From: Dimorphilus gyrociliatus
Lineage: Eukaryota > Animalia > Annelida
NCBI GenBank assembly: GCA_904063045.1
Contig: CAJFCJ010000028.1
Span: forward strand, 372,001-436,000
DNA length: 64,000 bases
Direction of reading: 5' to 3'
The position numbers and the translations under genes are program-made. Under the pieces are notes generated by a model. It was not told the origin of the DNA and made no database searches. It saw only the letters and a program-made list of their open reading frames with translations. This document shows positions 40,402 through 53,987 of this stretch, piece after piece (position 1 is the first letter of the stretch; each line of letters begins with the position of its first letter).

Positions 40402-42257
40402 TTAGTTCCAAGCTTGTTTCACTCGAGCATGATACTGTAGAAAAAAGAATTTGTTCGAATGAGCAAATATTAAATAAAAACGTGCTTTTTACTTACCCTG
40501 GGAGTAAATGGCGTATTCTTCAATTGTTGAGCTTCCTGATCAAGTAGTTCACTGTAGGCTTTCTCGGCTAATCGACTCTGCTGTAATTCTCTTTCCATTT
40601 CATCGTCTGCCATCCTACTGAGCGCTCTCTTCTGTGCAACTTGATTTTCAATTTCTCTTCTAGTTGTCTCTATCTTTTCTTTCTTTTCGTTGTCTTCAGA
40701 AATTTTCAAATTATTTAATTCGTCAAGATCTTCTAAAAGAATTTCTCTTTCACGTAAACTATTCATTTGCTTCTCCTTAATAATCTCTAAACGTTCCTCA
40801 ATCTGTTTCCCTCTTTCTTCCAAAACCTCTTTCATCAATTTCTCTCTAGCTAATCTTTCCAACTCCCACTGCCTTTCCCTTTGAGCCCATTGCTTCTCTG
40901 CTTCCTCTCTAATTGAATTAATAAATAGAATAATTAACTCATAACCGCAGAAAATATAATAAATAAAATTTTTTACTGATAAAGCAAGTTTAATGCAGCT
41001 TCTCTTTCTCGTTCCTCTTGCAATTGCTTCTCTAAAACTTCTTGCATCCACTTAGCGTCCGCCCGAGCTTTTTCCTGTTTATCTTGCTGTTGCTGAAATC
41101 TTTCTTGCTCTTGACGAGCTAAAATTTCCATAAAATTTCGATCTTCTTCCAACTGTTTTTGCACTTCTCTGGATTTTCTCTTGAGAGCGGCTGCGTGTTG
41201 CCTTTTCAATATACGTCTGCCAATGTAACAAATTATATAATTGAAAATTGCCCTGCTAATGTGCTCCAGATATTGAATGTAATGAAAATTGATTTACCCT
41301 ATTTCAGCTTTCTTACGCTGTCTTTCCGTCTCTAATCGTTCTTCCTTCAAGGCTTCCACATCCAATCGTTCTTTCATCAGTTCTTCTTCTTCGAATTTAA
41401 TCTTCTGAGCTTCTTGTTCTCTCTCTCTTAATTCTTCCATTTGGTACTTTAAAGCCGCTGCTAATTCTTCATTTCTCAATTTTTTCCTTGATTCTTCTTC
41501 TCTAGCTAATTTTTTGGCTTCTTTCAACTGAATCTTGCGCTCTAATTCTTCTTCAGCGTCTATCCTCGCTTCTTCCTCTTTAAGAATTTCGTGCTCTTCA
41601 ATTTGTTCACGCCAAGTATCAATAACATGTTCGCTTAAGCGGGCAGATTCAATCTTGTGAGGTAGAGAATTAATAATAATTTAAGAATTTTACTAAGTAT
41701 AAATTTAAAGCTAATTACTTCTCGTAATTCAGGATTGTTCTCTCTCCAGTGGTCGTATAATTTCTGCTCTACAACCTCTCTCCTTTTTTCTTCTCTTGCA
41801 GATTTAAGAGCTTCAGTCTTTTCTTTCATTAAATGTAATGGTAATCGCTTTCCCGAATAATCCCTTAGCTCTCTCTAAAAATAATTTCCATAATATTTAC
41901 AAATGCATAAAAAAATATATTAAAACTTACTTGATACATTTCGCTTTCGTTTGAAAGCAATTTTGCAAGCTGTGTACGACGAAATTGCAGTTTTGTTTCT
42001 TTTGTTTCATTTTCTTGTTTTCTTGCCCACGCTTCCATACTGTAATCGATTCAATTTATTACAGAATAACACTATAGAGGTGTTGTCAATAATTGTTCAA
42101 TCTACCTGGCGTTAAAAGAACTAGGTGATTCCCAAGAGCAGTGTTTATTTACAGAGACATGTGCGCTTTGTAATCTCTCCGCATGTCGAACCCAATTTTG
42201 ATGCCGATCATCTTGAATTTGACGTCGTCTAGCAGTGTACAAGTGGGGTAGGGCCAT
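40402..42257 (-). CDS. TCHP: Trichoplein keratin filament-binding protein, multi-exon
   Basis: MALP start; LYDHWRENNPELRE (human LYEHWKKNNPKLRE); ADAKWMQEVLEKQL; QWELERLAREKLMKEVL; terminal AWN*. Confidence 0.9.
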
Positions 42258-43187
42258 AATTTTCCTAAAGCGATTAATTTTTATAAACTTAACTTTCAAA
42301 CTCACAAAGAAATGAGTAATTAAACTGTGGACTCAATAAATTCAATTTTTGTTCTTAGTTTTTTTTTTAGGCTCATATTAATAGAAAGATTTTTTGTAGA
42401 AATTTTTGGGAATCGGAATGCGAATGAGCGATATTAGATTTCCTGTAATTGTTGTAAAAAAAATTGCTTTTAAAGACTTCTTTCAGAAGCATTACCTTAA
42501 TTAGACTATAGTCTGTTTTTAAAGTAGATAAATTCAGTAGAGCGATTACTTCATGTATTGAATTTAATAAAAACAAACAGATTTGGTGGACTAAACTTGC
42601 GGATTCTTGTAACGCGCGTCGGAAGTAAACAAATCAAGTTCCCTCCTTTAACCCTAAAGATTTTCTTACACAGCGACATCTGTAAATTATATAAAAAGTT
42701 ATTGGTAACTAATAATTCACACGTTGACATAGTATTAAGTTTTTAGGCTTTATTCTATTTGAACATGCTGTTCTATAACAAAACAGTTGCTGTAAATATT
42801 AAAATTTAGAACCTATTTTATTTATAAATCAATTAAGTAATAATTGGAGCGTAAAGACATCATGAAAATGGAAACATTTTCGTTTATTTATCCTTGACTT
42901 TTTTCTCTTTAAGATAATATACTCATACAAACATATAATATAAGGACAAGAACAAAAATATCTTGCATGGTAAAAATATTACTTTCCTATCTATACAAAT
43001 GATAAATTTAATACCTGTCTTTAAATATTCAGAAGAGAACTCTTAATGTGGGATATTCCTTTATTCTCATTTAAACTTCTCTACTATATAGAATAGCATA
43101 AATATAAAGGATTTAAAAATCTTTCCAGAACAGCCTTTTGAAAGCTGGTATACATTCCAGTGTAGAAAAAGAAAATAGAAAATTGTC

Positions 43188-44539
43188 ATGTGCTTTCTTG
43201 AATTTTACTTTATTTTAGCTATCATTTGCGGTTTTAATTGCGAATACGCAGGTCATAATAAACCTTTCGGAAGTCATCAAGATCCAGTTGGGAAGCTAAT
43301 AGAACTTGACGATTTTCCTGATCCAGGAACTTTTTTTGATGACTACGTAATTGATTCTCAGCCATTTATCGTTAAGAAAGGAGCAACAAAAATACCAGCA
43401 TTTAAGCTATGGACAGACGAGTATCTAAAATCTAAGTATGGATTTTTGAATGTAACGGCTGAAATTGGAAAGAAAGAAGATAGAGCAGAAAATTTAATCA
43501 ATCCAACTATGTCCGTCTATCTAGATATGTATAAAAACAGTGATATTTACATGGTTTATGACGTTCCTCGAATAATGATGGGTATAATTATACCAATTTA
43601 GTTACTATATCTAAAAATATTTGTCCCAGCAGATGATCTCATTATTCCTAAGTCTCTAAGATGTGGTGGTTTTCTAAGAAATTTGCAATTACTCGTTATG
43701 TGGTTTAGTAGCGGAGGAACCAAATCAGTTCTACATAGCGATTCTATTGATAATATCAATTGTCTGTTTGATGGTGTTAAAGAGCTAAGGATGATTGACA
43801 AGGCGAATATCTATTATTAATATTATTTATAATTATGATAGAATTATGAAAATATATCTTTTTTTTATTAGGAGTTGAAATCTCAAGTTGAGGATGAGAG
43901 TAACAATTGGGTTAAAAATGGTGCTTACAGCAAAGTTGATGTTGAAAGGGTTGATATGAATATATATGAAAACTTTAGAAATATTCCTTGGTGGCACGCC
44001 ATTATGGAAAAAGGTGATTGTCTTTTCATACCAAAAGGATGGTATCATACTGTTTGGTCGACTGGAAATAGAAATTTAGCTGTTAACTTCTGGTTTGCTC
44101 ATCTTTTACGGTTTGACGATGAAGATTGCAATAATAACTTCATCAAAGACGATACTCCACTATCTAAAGTTTATTCTGATGATCCTAAGTCCCAAAGACA
44201 AAGAAAATTAGAAGAATATCGTTCATCTCTATTTGAACCATTCATACATGCCGAAGTAATAAATGAAACTCACTTTGATGAATTTATGGAAGAAGCAAAA
44301 CAGTATATAAAAGAACCTAGAGAATATCTTAATGAGGTTCTTATACTTTTTCATAAATAATTTCATAAATATTTTAACAAAGTATTATCAAATTTTCTTC
44401 TTCATAGCTTCTTAAGATTTGCGATACAAATCACGATTCGGCAATAGATTGGGAAGAGGTATTTCAGTGTCCTATTGAGAACATTAAAAACTTCGAACTA
44501 TTGTTCGAAGACACAGAAATTAAAAGAGATGAACTTTAG
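43188..44539 (+). CDS. Signal-peptide JmjC (cupin-8 type) 2-oxoglutarate oxygenase with C-terminal EF-hand and RDEL; 4 exons
   Basis: Hydrophobic N-terminus; WFSSGGTKSVLHSD (HxD); GDCLFIPKGWYHTV (distal His); last exon 44408-44539 encodes DTNHDSAIDWEE and ends KRDEL*. Confidence 0.85.
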
Positions 44540-45507
44540 TATTATTGTACACAAATGAACAACTTAAAAATTTAAGCGTTGGTTTCAAATACAAGGTATT
44601 GTTCGATCTGCTTTCATCACTAATAGAACTAGTTTTGCATTCAGTAATGCCGAAATAGCTTTGATTTATACTTTACAACCTACTCAGAAAGTGCTATTAT
44701 AAGTTTTGTTATTAATTCTACTATGAAATGTTTTCCGAAGTTCAAATCATCAAAAATCAACTTTCATTTTAGAAGTTTATTATTTTTCTTTGAAATAAAC
44801 GAATTTTACATTGAAACCTATGTAGAACGAAAGTATTAGTGAATGATTTTTTATTCTACAATACAATGAAGATGTCGCTGCAAATTGACATTTTCTGTTC
44901 TGGCTGAAAGCAACCATTCGTATGGTTACAGAAACGAAAGTTGCTATAAGTACAACATTATACCGTCTACTGTTATTATAATAAGTAATTGTTGCAGTGG
45001 AATGTGAGTTTTCGATTTGCGGTTTGCATGTTGTGATCTCTTCACGATCCTCATTTTATGTTGTAGCGCATCAACACCACTCAAATTCACTATATTCGTA
45101 TTTGTGACGTTAAGGTGTGGAGATACAGACCGTTTCATACACATATAATAGTAATTAATAGAGAGAGAGAGAGAGGAATTAGGTTACAAAAAAATATCAA
45201 TGAATTATAAAAGTGAATGAGCGAATTAATAACCTTAAAAAAACTCATTTAACCCAAAAAAATATGAAATGAACGCTATTGTTAAAAATAACAATAACAT
45301 TCAGTAAAATTACGATATGTTCCAGCACATTTTTAAACAGATGTGTTATTTTTTTGTATTTATAATCAACTAGTTCACAAACGTATATATAAGTAATGTA
45401 GATTACATTTAATTTTCTAATATGCTTAGATGGTGTACTATATACGATATATAAATAACTATTAGTATATACTGTATAAAATAGAAATAATGATATTATA
45501 AGAAAAT

Positions 45508-46114
45508 ATGGTAGAGATTATTGAAAATTTTAAAAATCAGAGATTACCAGCATTTGTTCTCGTTGGAGTTTTACCTGTAACTTTATTGTTCCATATTATT
45601 GGGATATCAATACCTCAATGGGTTAAAATTAGCGGTTATAAAGAAGGTTTGTGGGAATACTGCGATCCTAGTTGTACGAAGCATAATTGCAAACCTGATT
45701 GGTTGTCTTCATCTGGTGCTTTTGCTATTATTTCAACATTATGTCTTGTTGGTGCACTAGTTTGTTTAGCTGTAATTACAACGACAAAAATATTTGAGAA
45801 AAACCCATCAACTATACTTATGTGTTCACTATGCACTTCAGCCGGTAAGCTAAATACCTTTTTTTTATCCTACAATTTACTATTTACTCTCTTAGTTCCG
45901 ATGATATTATAGTAATTTTTAATGAATTTTTTTCACAGCTTTCTTTACAATGCTTACCTGGGGAATCTATGTTGGGAATACTGATAAAAAGGATCATTTA
46001 GATGCTGGCTTTGGCTTAGTTGTATTTGGTTGGATTTTGCAGATAGCGTGCTGCTTGATCAGCCTAATTTCTTTTCGGGAATTTAGTAGTATAACTATTG
46101 GCCAGTCGGCATAA
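45508..46114 (+). CDS. Claudin/PMP22/EMP-like tetraspan protein 1; exons 45508-45844, 45939-46114
   Basis: PQW...EGLWEYCDPSC signature and four hydrophobic segments; clean phase-1 intron. Confidence 0.8.
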
Positions 46115-46351
46115 CTTTTCTTACTTTATTTCTAATTCTAAATATTTACGCAACTTGTCAATCTATTTAATTGAATAAACTCATCTGACTAGTTGTATTT
46201 AAGTGGACAGTATTCAATCTGAGTGTAAGAACATTTTTTTACTTTAATCTGAACCAAGAAGGAATATATTACTAATAATTTTAAAAGTAGATTTTCTTTC
46301 GAACACGAAAATTACAACACCAAATATTTTCTGGGTTTTGAAAATTTCTTC

Positions 46352-47395
46352 CTAGACTTAACATTAAAAAGAAAGTATGAATCCAGCCTAGTTTATTCGG
46401 TAAATAAATAACTATACAATTAGGACTAAAATGACTAAGATATGAATAATGATAGCTAAGTGGTATTTTCGATGATGGCCTAAGAAACTTTTATTTTTTA
46501 GTCATTTGGTGAAAATAAAAATTAAAACAACTCTATTTAAATTTATACTCTTTGAAGTTTGAAACTAGTGTAGGTTTATGTATTGTACAATTCAATTAAT
46601 ATAGGTAAATAAGTACGTCTATTCGTCTATTCCATAATAGAAATTCAAATAATGTATTTATTATTATTTTAATAATGATGTATTCTATTCTGTGTTTGAA
46701 TACAATGTATCAAAATTCCTTTCTGCAAGATTGGCTTTCATCTAAGACCCATAAAACCCAATGTAACGCAGAATATTTGTAAGACAGCAGAAGCAATGTG
46801 CAAATAAAAAGCAGTTGATAATTTTTGATTTTTTGCGAGTTCAAGAAACTTTCCAAGACAAACTCCAGCAGTTATCAGGATGGAAGCAACTAATTAAAAA
46901 CAATTTAAAGTTTTGAGTTATGACTATTAATACATTATGAAGTTCATCGATACTTACTTCCGAGAAAGCTAAGAACAATCATAGTCAAAAATGATTTCCT
47001 TACAGTGAAAGAAGAAATAAACAATGATGCCAGAAATACAATTAATTCAAAACAGATAAGCAATGTTCCAATTACTGCAAAAGCTTGCATAGCAGTCCAA
47101 TAATCAACATCAGGAATTTCAGAGGTACAAATAGACGTGGGCTTATGACATACTTTCCATAAGCCATATTTGATTGGGTAATTCGTGAATTCAAGCCAAT
47201 CAGGGAGAGCTATTGAAGTTATCTGCACTATAATATTAATTAGCAATATTAAAATCAGTATCTTTCCTGCTGCCCCAATTTCTTTCAACTTTGTTTCAAG
47301 AAGACTCATTGTTTAATCTCCGAAGTTTACAGACGACTGTCCTCACGTAAAAGTTCTTGCTAGACTTAACAATAAAAAGAAAGTATGAATTCAGC
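46352..47395. repeat. Pair of 36-bp direct repeats (46352-46387 and 47360-47395) flanking tetraspan gene 2
   Basis: CTAGACTTAACATTAAAAAGAAAGTATGAATCCAGC vs CTAGACTTAACAATAAAAAGAAAGTATGAATTCAGC, 34/36 identical, 1008 bp apart. Confidence 0.8.
46738..47309 (-). CDS. Claudin/PMP22/EMP-like tetraspan protein 2; exons 46958-47309, 46738-46889
   Basis: PDW...YGLWKVCHKPTSIC signature and four hydrophobic segments; phase-1 intron at the equivalent position to paralog 1. Confidence 0.8.
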
Positions 47396-47638
47396 AAATT
47401 TTACTGGTAGATATTTATGATTAGGCCTAATATGTAGATTCTTTTGAGATCCTTTTGTAAAAGTTGTACCTGAGTTATTATTCTCCTAAACAAATGGAAA
47501 ACGAAAGTAAAATCTTCACATTCCCATACTTTTCAAAATTATTAACAAAGATTTTTATTTAAAACTAATACTTTTGGACGAACCGGAAGTAAAAGAGAAT
47601 AAAATAAAGAAAATAATGATAAATGTAAAAAGACTTTT

Positions 47639-50600
47639 TTAACTAAATTGTTCATCATTCAAAATATTTTGAATACGATCCCAATCGATAATCGAGCCTG
47701 TACTATCGCTTGCTAGAGATGCTGCTTCTACTAGTTCCTTTAACCTAGCGCTTTCTTGGTAACTGTCAGTTGTCTATTATGAATTTGGAAAGAATAGTTT
47801 AATTATCTTATCAATTTTAAATATATTATTGTTTACCTTTGAAATTGCGCTTGTATCTCCATCGTATAAGATTCGTTTCATATCTGAATTTACACTCCAT
47901 TGACTAAGATCGCTATCTGGGTCATCAATGTATGGTGAATCGTATGGTCTTTGCCTTACAGTTTTTGTATTCTTTTGTAAAGCTTGTAGTTGATCTTGAT
48001 ATGTTATTGGTTGACGAAGAGGTTTCTTACATTTAATTGAAGATTTAAGTTTTCTTGGTTTTGACGATATTCGAGCACCTGAATAAGTTTATGTAATTTA
48101 TGATTTGTTAATAATCAATTTATAGAATTACAATAAATTTACCTTTTTGTGGCTGTAACTGCTTTAGCTGTTCAACATAGCTTACTGGCTTTCTTCGCGG
48201 TTCTTTCGGTTTAAGAGAGCTATATGTTCTGTTTGGAACTTTAACTTTTGCAGATTTATTTCGTCCTGAATTTTTATCGCTTCTGACTCTCAATTCGGCC
48301 AGCCTTTGAGTGTATGTTTTTACTATTCTAGGTCCTTCTCTCCTAGTAATTCTTGACTGTTTTTGAACTTGATGATGGGATCCCACAGGAGCCGAATATC
48401 TTCGAGGCTCATCAGCAAAAGTTATCGTGTTTCTTGTCGTGTCTCGTTCAGAATTGGGAATACTTCTTTCAGATTCTTGCATTTTCAAAAAATCTTCGAA
48501 ACTTTGTATTACTTCACCCTCTTCTTGTCTTTCTTGTAAATGATCAAGTCTTTGTCTTTCTTCTTCGGCTTCTCGCGCTATTCGCAGACGCTCTTGCCTC
48601 CTTCGTTCGATTTCAAGCTTTCTTCGTTGAATATCTTCTTGTTTTTCTCTGACAATCAATTCTTGACGCTTTTCACGAAGCTTTTCATGAAATTTTTCGT
48701 CGGAAATTAAAGTTCCAATAGATGTCACTCTTTTAACTGCCCTTTGCTTCACAGGATCATACTCATAGATTGATTTCATATAATGATCCATTGATAATCT
48801 ATCTGGATCTTCGTCTTGCTGTTTCTCACGCTCTCGTTCTCTTCCCTCTTGCTTGGAAGGTTTGTCTGAAGGAATGTCCTTCCTCTTATTTGTCACCTGT
48901 AGGATTTGTGTAACGGATGTTTCAGCCTTTTTTCTCGGTATTTTTTCCCTTAGTAAACTCTCCATGAGTTCATCGGCCTCCATTATTCTTCTATATTTCG
49001 CTTCATTCAGTCTTTGCTTCTTAATTTCCTCGTCTTCTTTATGAATAGGCTGAGTTGCAGTTTGCTTTCGGTTAAATGGATGTTTTTCATTCTGAATAAG
49101 TTCTTGTCTTTTTTCGCGAAACATTTTATCTTTTTCCTTCTTTTTTACTTTCATCCATTCAAGTAGCTCTCCCCTTTTCTTCTCCGATTTATCAGATCTT
49201 GAAGAAAGTATTACTTTTGGTTCCGCAGACCTAGCTGAAGCCGGCTCTTCATCGTGAAAGACCTCTTTCAAAATCTCTTGAACCTCAACAGATTCAGCTA
49301 AATCTTTTATGGAATGAACCTCTCCTTCTTCTAATGTTTGAAGCTTTGAACTTCTTTCGTCGTATTCATCAGCAAGTTCTTGAAATTTTCTATCTATTTC
49401 TTCGTCATCATCTTCCATAACAGCTTGCTTCTTATCAAGATGCTCCCACTCATCCGTATATCTATCTAAAGTCTTTAGAACCTCACGGTTTCTTTCAAAT
49501 TCATGATCCATATTTTTCGACATAACATTGATAGCTTGAATTCTCTCATCCATCTGGCTTAGTCGTCTTTTAATCTGATCTTTAGTCTTTAGCCTTGATA
49601 ATTTCTCAACATTTTCACTGCTCCAAATTCTACAGACATGAATCTGGCAATTAAATAAATGAATTGTTAAAGAGATTTCTACTAACCCATTTTCAGAAGA
49701 ATCTCCTAAAACTCTTTCAGTAACTTTATCATGTTGTTTTGGTGAATCTTCAATATATTCCACAGACTTTTTAGTTTTATTTAAATTATCAACTTGAACT
49801 TCTTGCTCCCTGACAACTGGTAAGTCTTTATTGATTTCTTCTATAACATCAACTCCTATGTCAACAACATTTATAAATTTCTTTTTATCTTCGCGAAATT
49901 CTAAATCGATAAAAACTTCGGGAGCAACAATTCCTTTCCCGGAAATCTAAAAGAATAGGAAAAAAGTATTAGCTAATAAAGAACGTCCCTTTTACACGTA
50001 CTTACCTCTTTTGACTTTTTCAATTCCATTGCAGCTCTATATTGAGCTTCGGCATAAGTTAAATCAGCTTTCTCAAGCTCTTCATCAGTTACTAGACGAT
50101 CGAATAGGCCTAAAATAGATAAAAACCTTAATTATAAAAGGCACAAACGTGGTGAAAATTTTACCAGGAGTTATTGCGTAACCATGATCTAAGTTGTATT
50201 CAGTTTGAACCTGTTTTTCAGTCGCATTTTCGAGCTAAAAGAACAGTATGGTATTGTTAGAACTATTTATCATGAAATAATAGTAACTCTAAAGTGTAAA
50301 CTCAAGTTCATGCAAGAAAAAAAGATAAAGAAACCTCTTCTTCTCCATAATCATCAATCTTTTTGGGTAAAGCTAAAGCTAATGAAGGTTCAGCAGAATC
50401 TGTTGCTTCCCCCTCTTCATCAAACTCTGAATCACTATAGCCGGTATGTTGCATTTCTAAATCCTGTTCAGTTTCTCTTTCTTCTTCGTCTAGTTCATCT
50501 TCTTCTTCTTCTATATCTTCGTCTTCGTCTTCATATTCATACTGTCTTCCAATTTCTTCGGATTGTTTATCTTCGTGTTGAATTTGAATTATGGGAATCA

Positions 50601-53600
50601 TTTTTTGTCGCTAATTAAAGTACAATACAAATTTTCAAGTCTTAATCAACTTATCTAAAATCATTCTTTTCTCTAACAGATCAAATCAATAAAAATGTTA
50701 CTTACAGGAGAGGTTTGTCTCTTTTTATGGACAAGCTTTTCTTGTCTATTTACTTTGCTAATCTTAGTTTCATCTTCGAGCATTCTCTCTTCTTGTAACA
50801 CATCTTCTATTCTAAATGCGGTGTTTTCTGTTTGCTTTTCAGCTTGTAAATTCTTCCATAATTCTTTTTTTCCTTTTTCGTGAAGATTATTATATCTCAT
50901 ATCTTCAGCCATTCTCTTATGATTTTCAAAAGCAGCTACCTCGTTCATTGGAATCAGGCGAAGAAATCCTCTAGAATCTTCAATATTTGTAAAGGTTTTT
51001 GTAGGTGTTTTTTCGATGCGAAGCAAAGGAAGCGGTCCGCTCATGGAGAACTTTTTATAAGGATGAATTTCTGTCGCATTTGCGTCAGTTCTAGGCATGC
51101 TTGAACTCCAAACTTTCGGTAAAGCATCAGATTCTTTTTCTGCTGGCATTCTCAAAAAAGATATTGGATCTCTTGGTCCAAATGATCTATTAAATTCTGA
51201 TAATCTACTCATTAGATTTTGAAATGGTTTTTCTTCTTTTTTTGCTTCGCTCTGTTTAGATATTGATAGGAGTGGAAGTGCTAAATTTTGGTTTATTTCC
51301 TTTAATTCGTTAAGTTCGCTTAATGCGCTCCGAATAGATATCTTTGGCTGACTCTTGCTATTCGAAGACCTATTTAATTCTTCAATTCTTAAAGGTTTAT
51401 CGTCCAGTGGTCTATCTATCTCGGTCTGAGTTTGTTGTTCAACAGGCTTTTGTATAGGACTTTTATTTGCGCCTGGTTGCATTACATTTAACATAAGCAT
51501 AAAACTCTGTTGCTGAGCGTGGATGAAAGAAGCTAACTCATTCCTTACGATATATTGCATCTGTTCCGTTATATTAGCTGTTTGCTGTGGCATATTAGAA
51601 GTAAATTGACCTTGATGCTGTGACATATTAGAAGTAAATTGACCTTGATGCTGTGACATATTGGAAGCAAAATGACCTTGATGTTGTGATTTATGCAAAT
51701 TGCCAAATTGCGGTTGTGCATTTGAATTTTCATAAACTTGTTGGTTTTGAGGTTCAGGGCGTATTTGGAAACTATTTGGTTGATCAGGAAATTTTAATTC
51801 ACCAATTGAAGGCTGATTTGGGATAAATTGAAATTGACTATTGGCATTAGATGCTTTGCTTGTTTCTTGTTTGTGCTCCCTAAAAGATTCTACATCTTCT
51901 AATTGCTCACCACTAGTAGTTTCAGATTCTCGAGTATAACTTTCCGGAACTGACACGGAATCATTAGTTAACTCATTGATAACCTTCATTTTCTGTGTTC
52001 GTCTCCCAAAAGGTATATCGTCATCCAAGCTTTGCATCGATGTAGTACTCTGTGAGTTTGATTCCAAGACTTCCACTTTATCGGGATCTTCTTCAATCAT
52101 CAAGAATTTGCTTAATTCTCGAGTCACCTTATCGTTGTTTACACTTTTCTTTCGAACTGGTAAGCGGCCTGTAGAATAGCCTTGAGCTACCTTTATTGCT
52201 GATGCTTGTGGTGCTTTCATTCCACTGTCCGTACTGTTCACGTCTGATTCAGATGTCTCTTTGGTCATAAAGTTTTGTACATCATCATTTGTTAGATTCC
52301 TTGATGTGTCACGCTCAGAGTCTAGGAAATCTGTTATATTAGAACGGCCAGTATCTAGAGCAGAAACGCTTGTCAAATCGTCATCAGTTGAAGCAGAACT
52401 AGTTCTTCTGGTTTTAGACTTTTTACCGGGTTTATTATTTCTCGGTGATTTAGGAATGCGTTCTCCGTGAACTGGATATGCCATAACAGTTCGATAGTCT
52501 GATGACGGAATAAATCCCTGAGTTTTCATGAGAGGGTCTTCTTTTACTTTATGTTCAATTTCATTCTCTTGCGAGCCTCCCCGTTCAAGCAACCACAGAG
52601 CATATAATATCATTCGTGGATGAACTTTTAAACGAACAGAGAACCTATTCTCTTCACATGTAACATGACTTCTTCCAGTCCAACGCATAAGCCAATCGAG
52701 TTTTGTTTCAAGATCGGAAAATTTATCCCCAAATTCAAAGCGTTCCAGCTGAGCATAGCTTAGAATATTTTGAGTTAAAACATCGCTAGAACTTTCGCTT
52801 TCCATTTCTCTTTTATCAGACCTTGGAGTGTCCAATGGTGATACCTAAAAAATGTAACAATATTTTGGTTAAAGTAGATTGTTTATTAGTTTCGCAGTAT
52901 ATATAGATAGACAACTAACTCTATTTCCGTAGGTGGAATATAAATTTCCATGTGTAAGTATCGAGGAAAATTCCATTTCAGCGCATTCCTTCGCAACAAG
53001 ATCGTTTAGACTACGACATTTAAACAGACCAGCCTGTGTAATTTTTAGACTAGATCTTCTTTTACTGCTCTTTGAACTATCGGATGCTTCTCTAGCACTA
53101 GACGGAGCGGAATCACAAAAGTTTTGCCTCTTATATAAACTTGTTGCTACTTTATGACTAGTAGATTGTAATTCACTTTCTTCCAGCTGTTTTCCATAGA
53201 ATAAAAGAAGTGGTATTTCATTTTGTTCATCTTCTTTTACATATTTTTCAAAACCAACTTCATATAATGTTTCTAAAAATGTTAGATATTCAGGTTCGAA
53301 TTCAAATTGATTCTTTGGACGTTTAGTAGATCTGGATAGCTGTTCATAATAATAGACGGATAGTGTCAAGCTACTATTTAGACTAAATGTTTGCCAATTT
53401 TTCAAAAGTATTTCTTTCATTCTATCATCTATTTCTGCATCGGCGTTTACAAATAGATTATTAAAATGAATAAGAAGGTCAGCAGAATTTTTTGACGTAG
53501 GTAATTCTTGAATAAGAGAAAGAATTACATTTAAAACTTCCGTTTGACTCCCATTATTTAGTAATGAAGAAAAATGAGCTAAGTGAACAGACCAACAAAG

Positions 53601-53951
53601 GCAATCTAGAATTAGCGAATTCCAAGCAAACTTTTGACTGCTATATTCTTTATTATCAGTTGAAACATTAGTCTATTAATGATTAAATATATTAATAAAT
53701 CTCGTAGTTATTTAATAAAAAATGATAATTTACCATTTCGTTAAATAATTTGAGTTTTTTCCTAAGTAAAAGATTCATCATGTCCCTACAATGTAGAAGC
53801 CAACAATACTGGCACATTTTCTCAAAAGATTGCACGACTGCCTTTATTTCCTCATCTTTAAGTTTTTTATTTAAGAGATGATCGAATTGTAGATATCTTT
53901 GTTCTCCAGCTGGCAATATATTCGTTTCCGCTTTGATCGGATACTGTTAAA

Positions 53952-53987
<36 letters not shown>

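Noticed and set aside
44944-45144. 66-aa minus-strand ORF in a GC-richer island
   Set aside because: No family motif. The island is better explained as the promoter or non-coding first exon of tetraspan gene 1 (donor GTGAGT near 45005, acceptor just before the ATG at 45508).
48353-53157. Several plus-strand ORFs (e.g. 48353, 48853, 50205, 51976, 52261, 52933)
   Set aside because: Antisense shadows of long CPLANE1 exons. The same applies to antisense ORFs over tubulin, SPT2, TCHP and PITPNC1.
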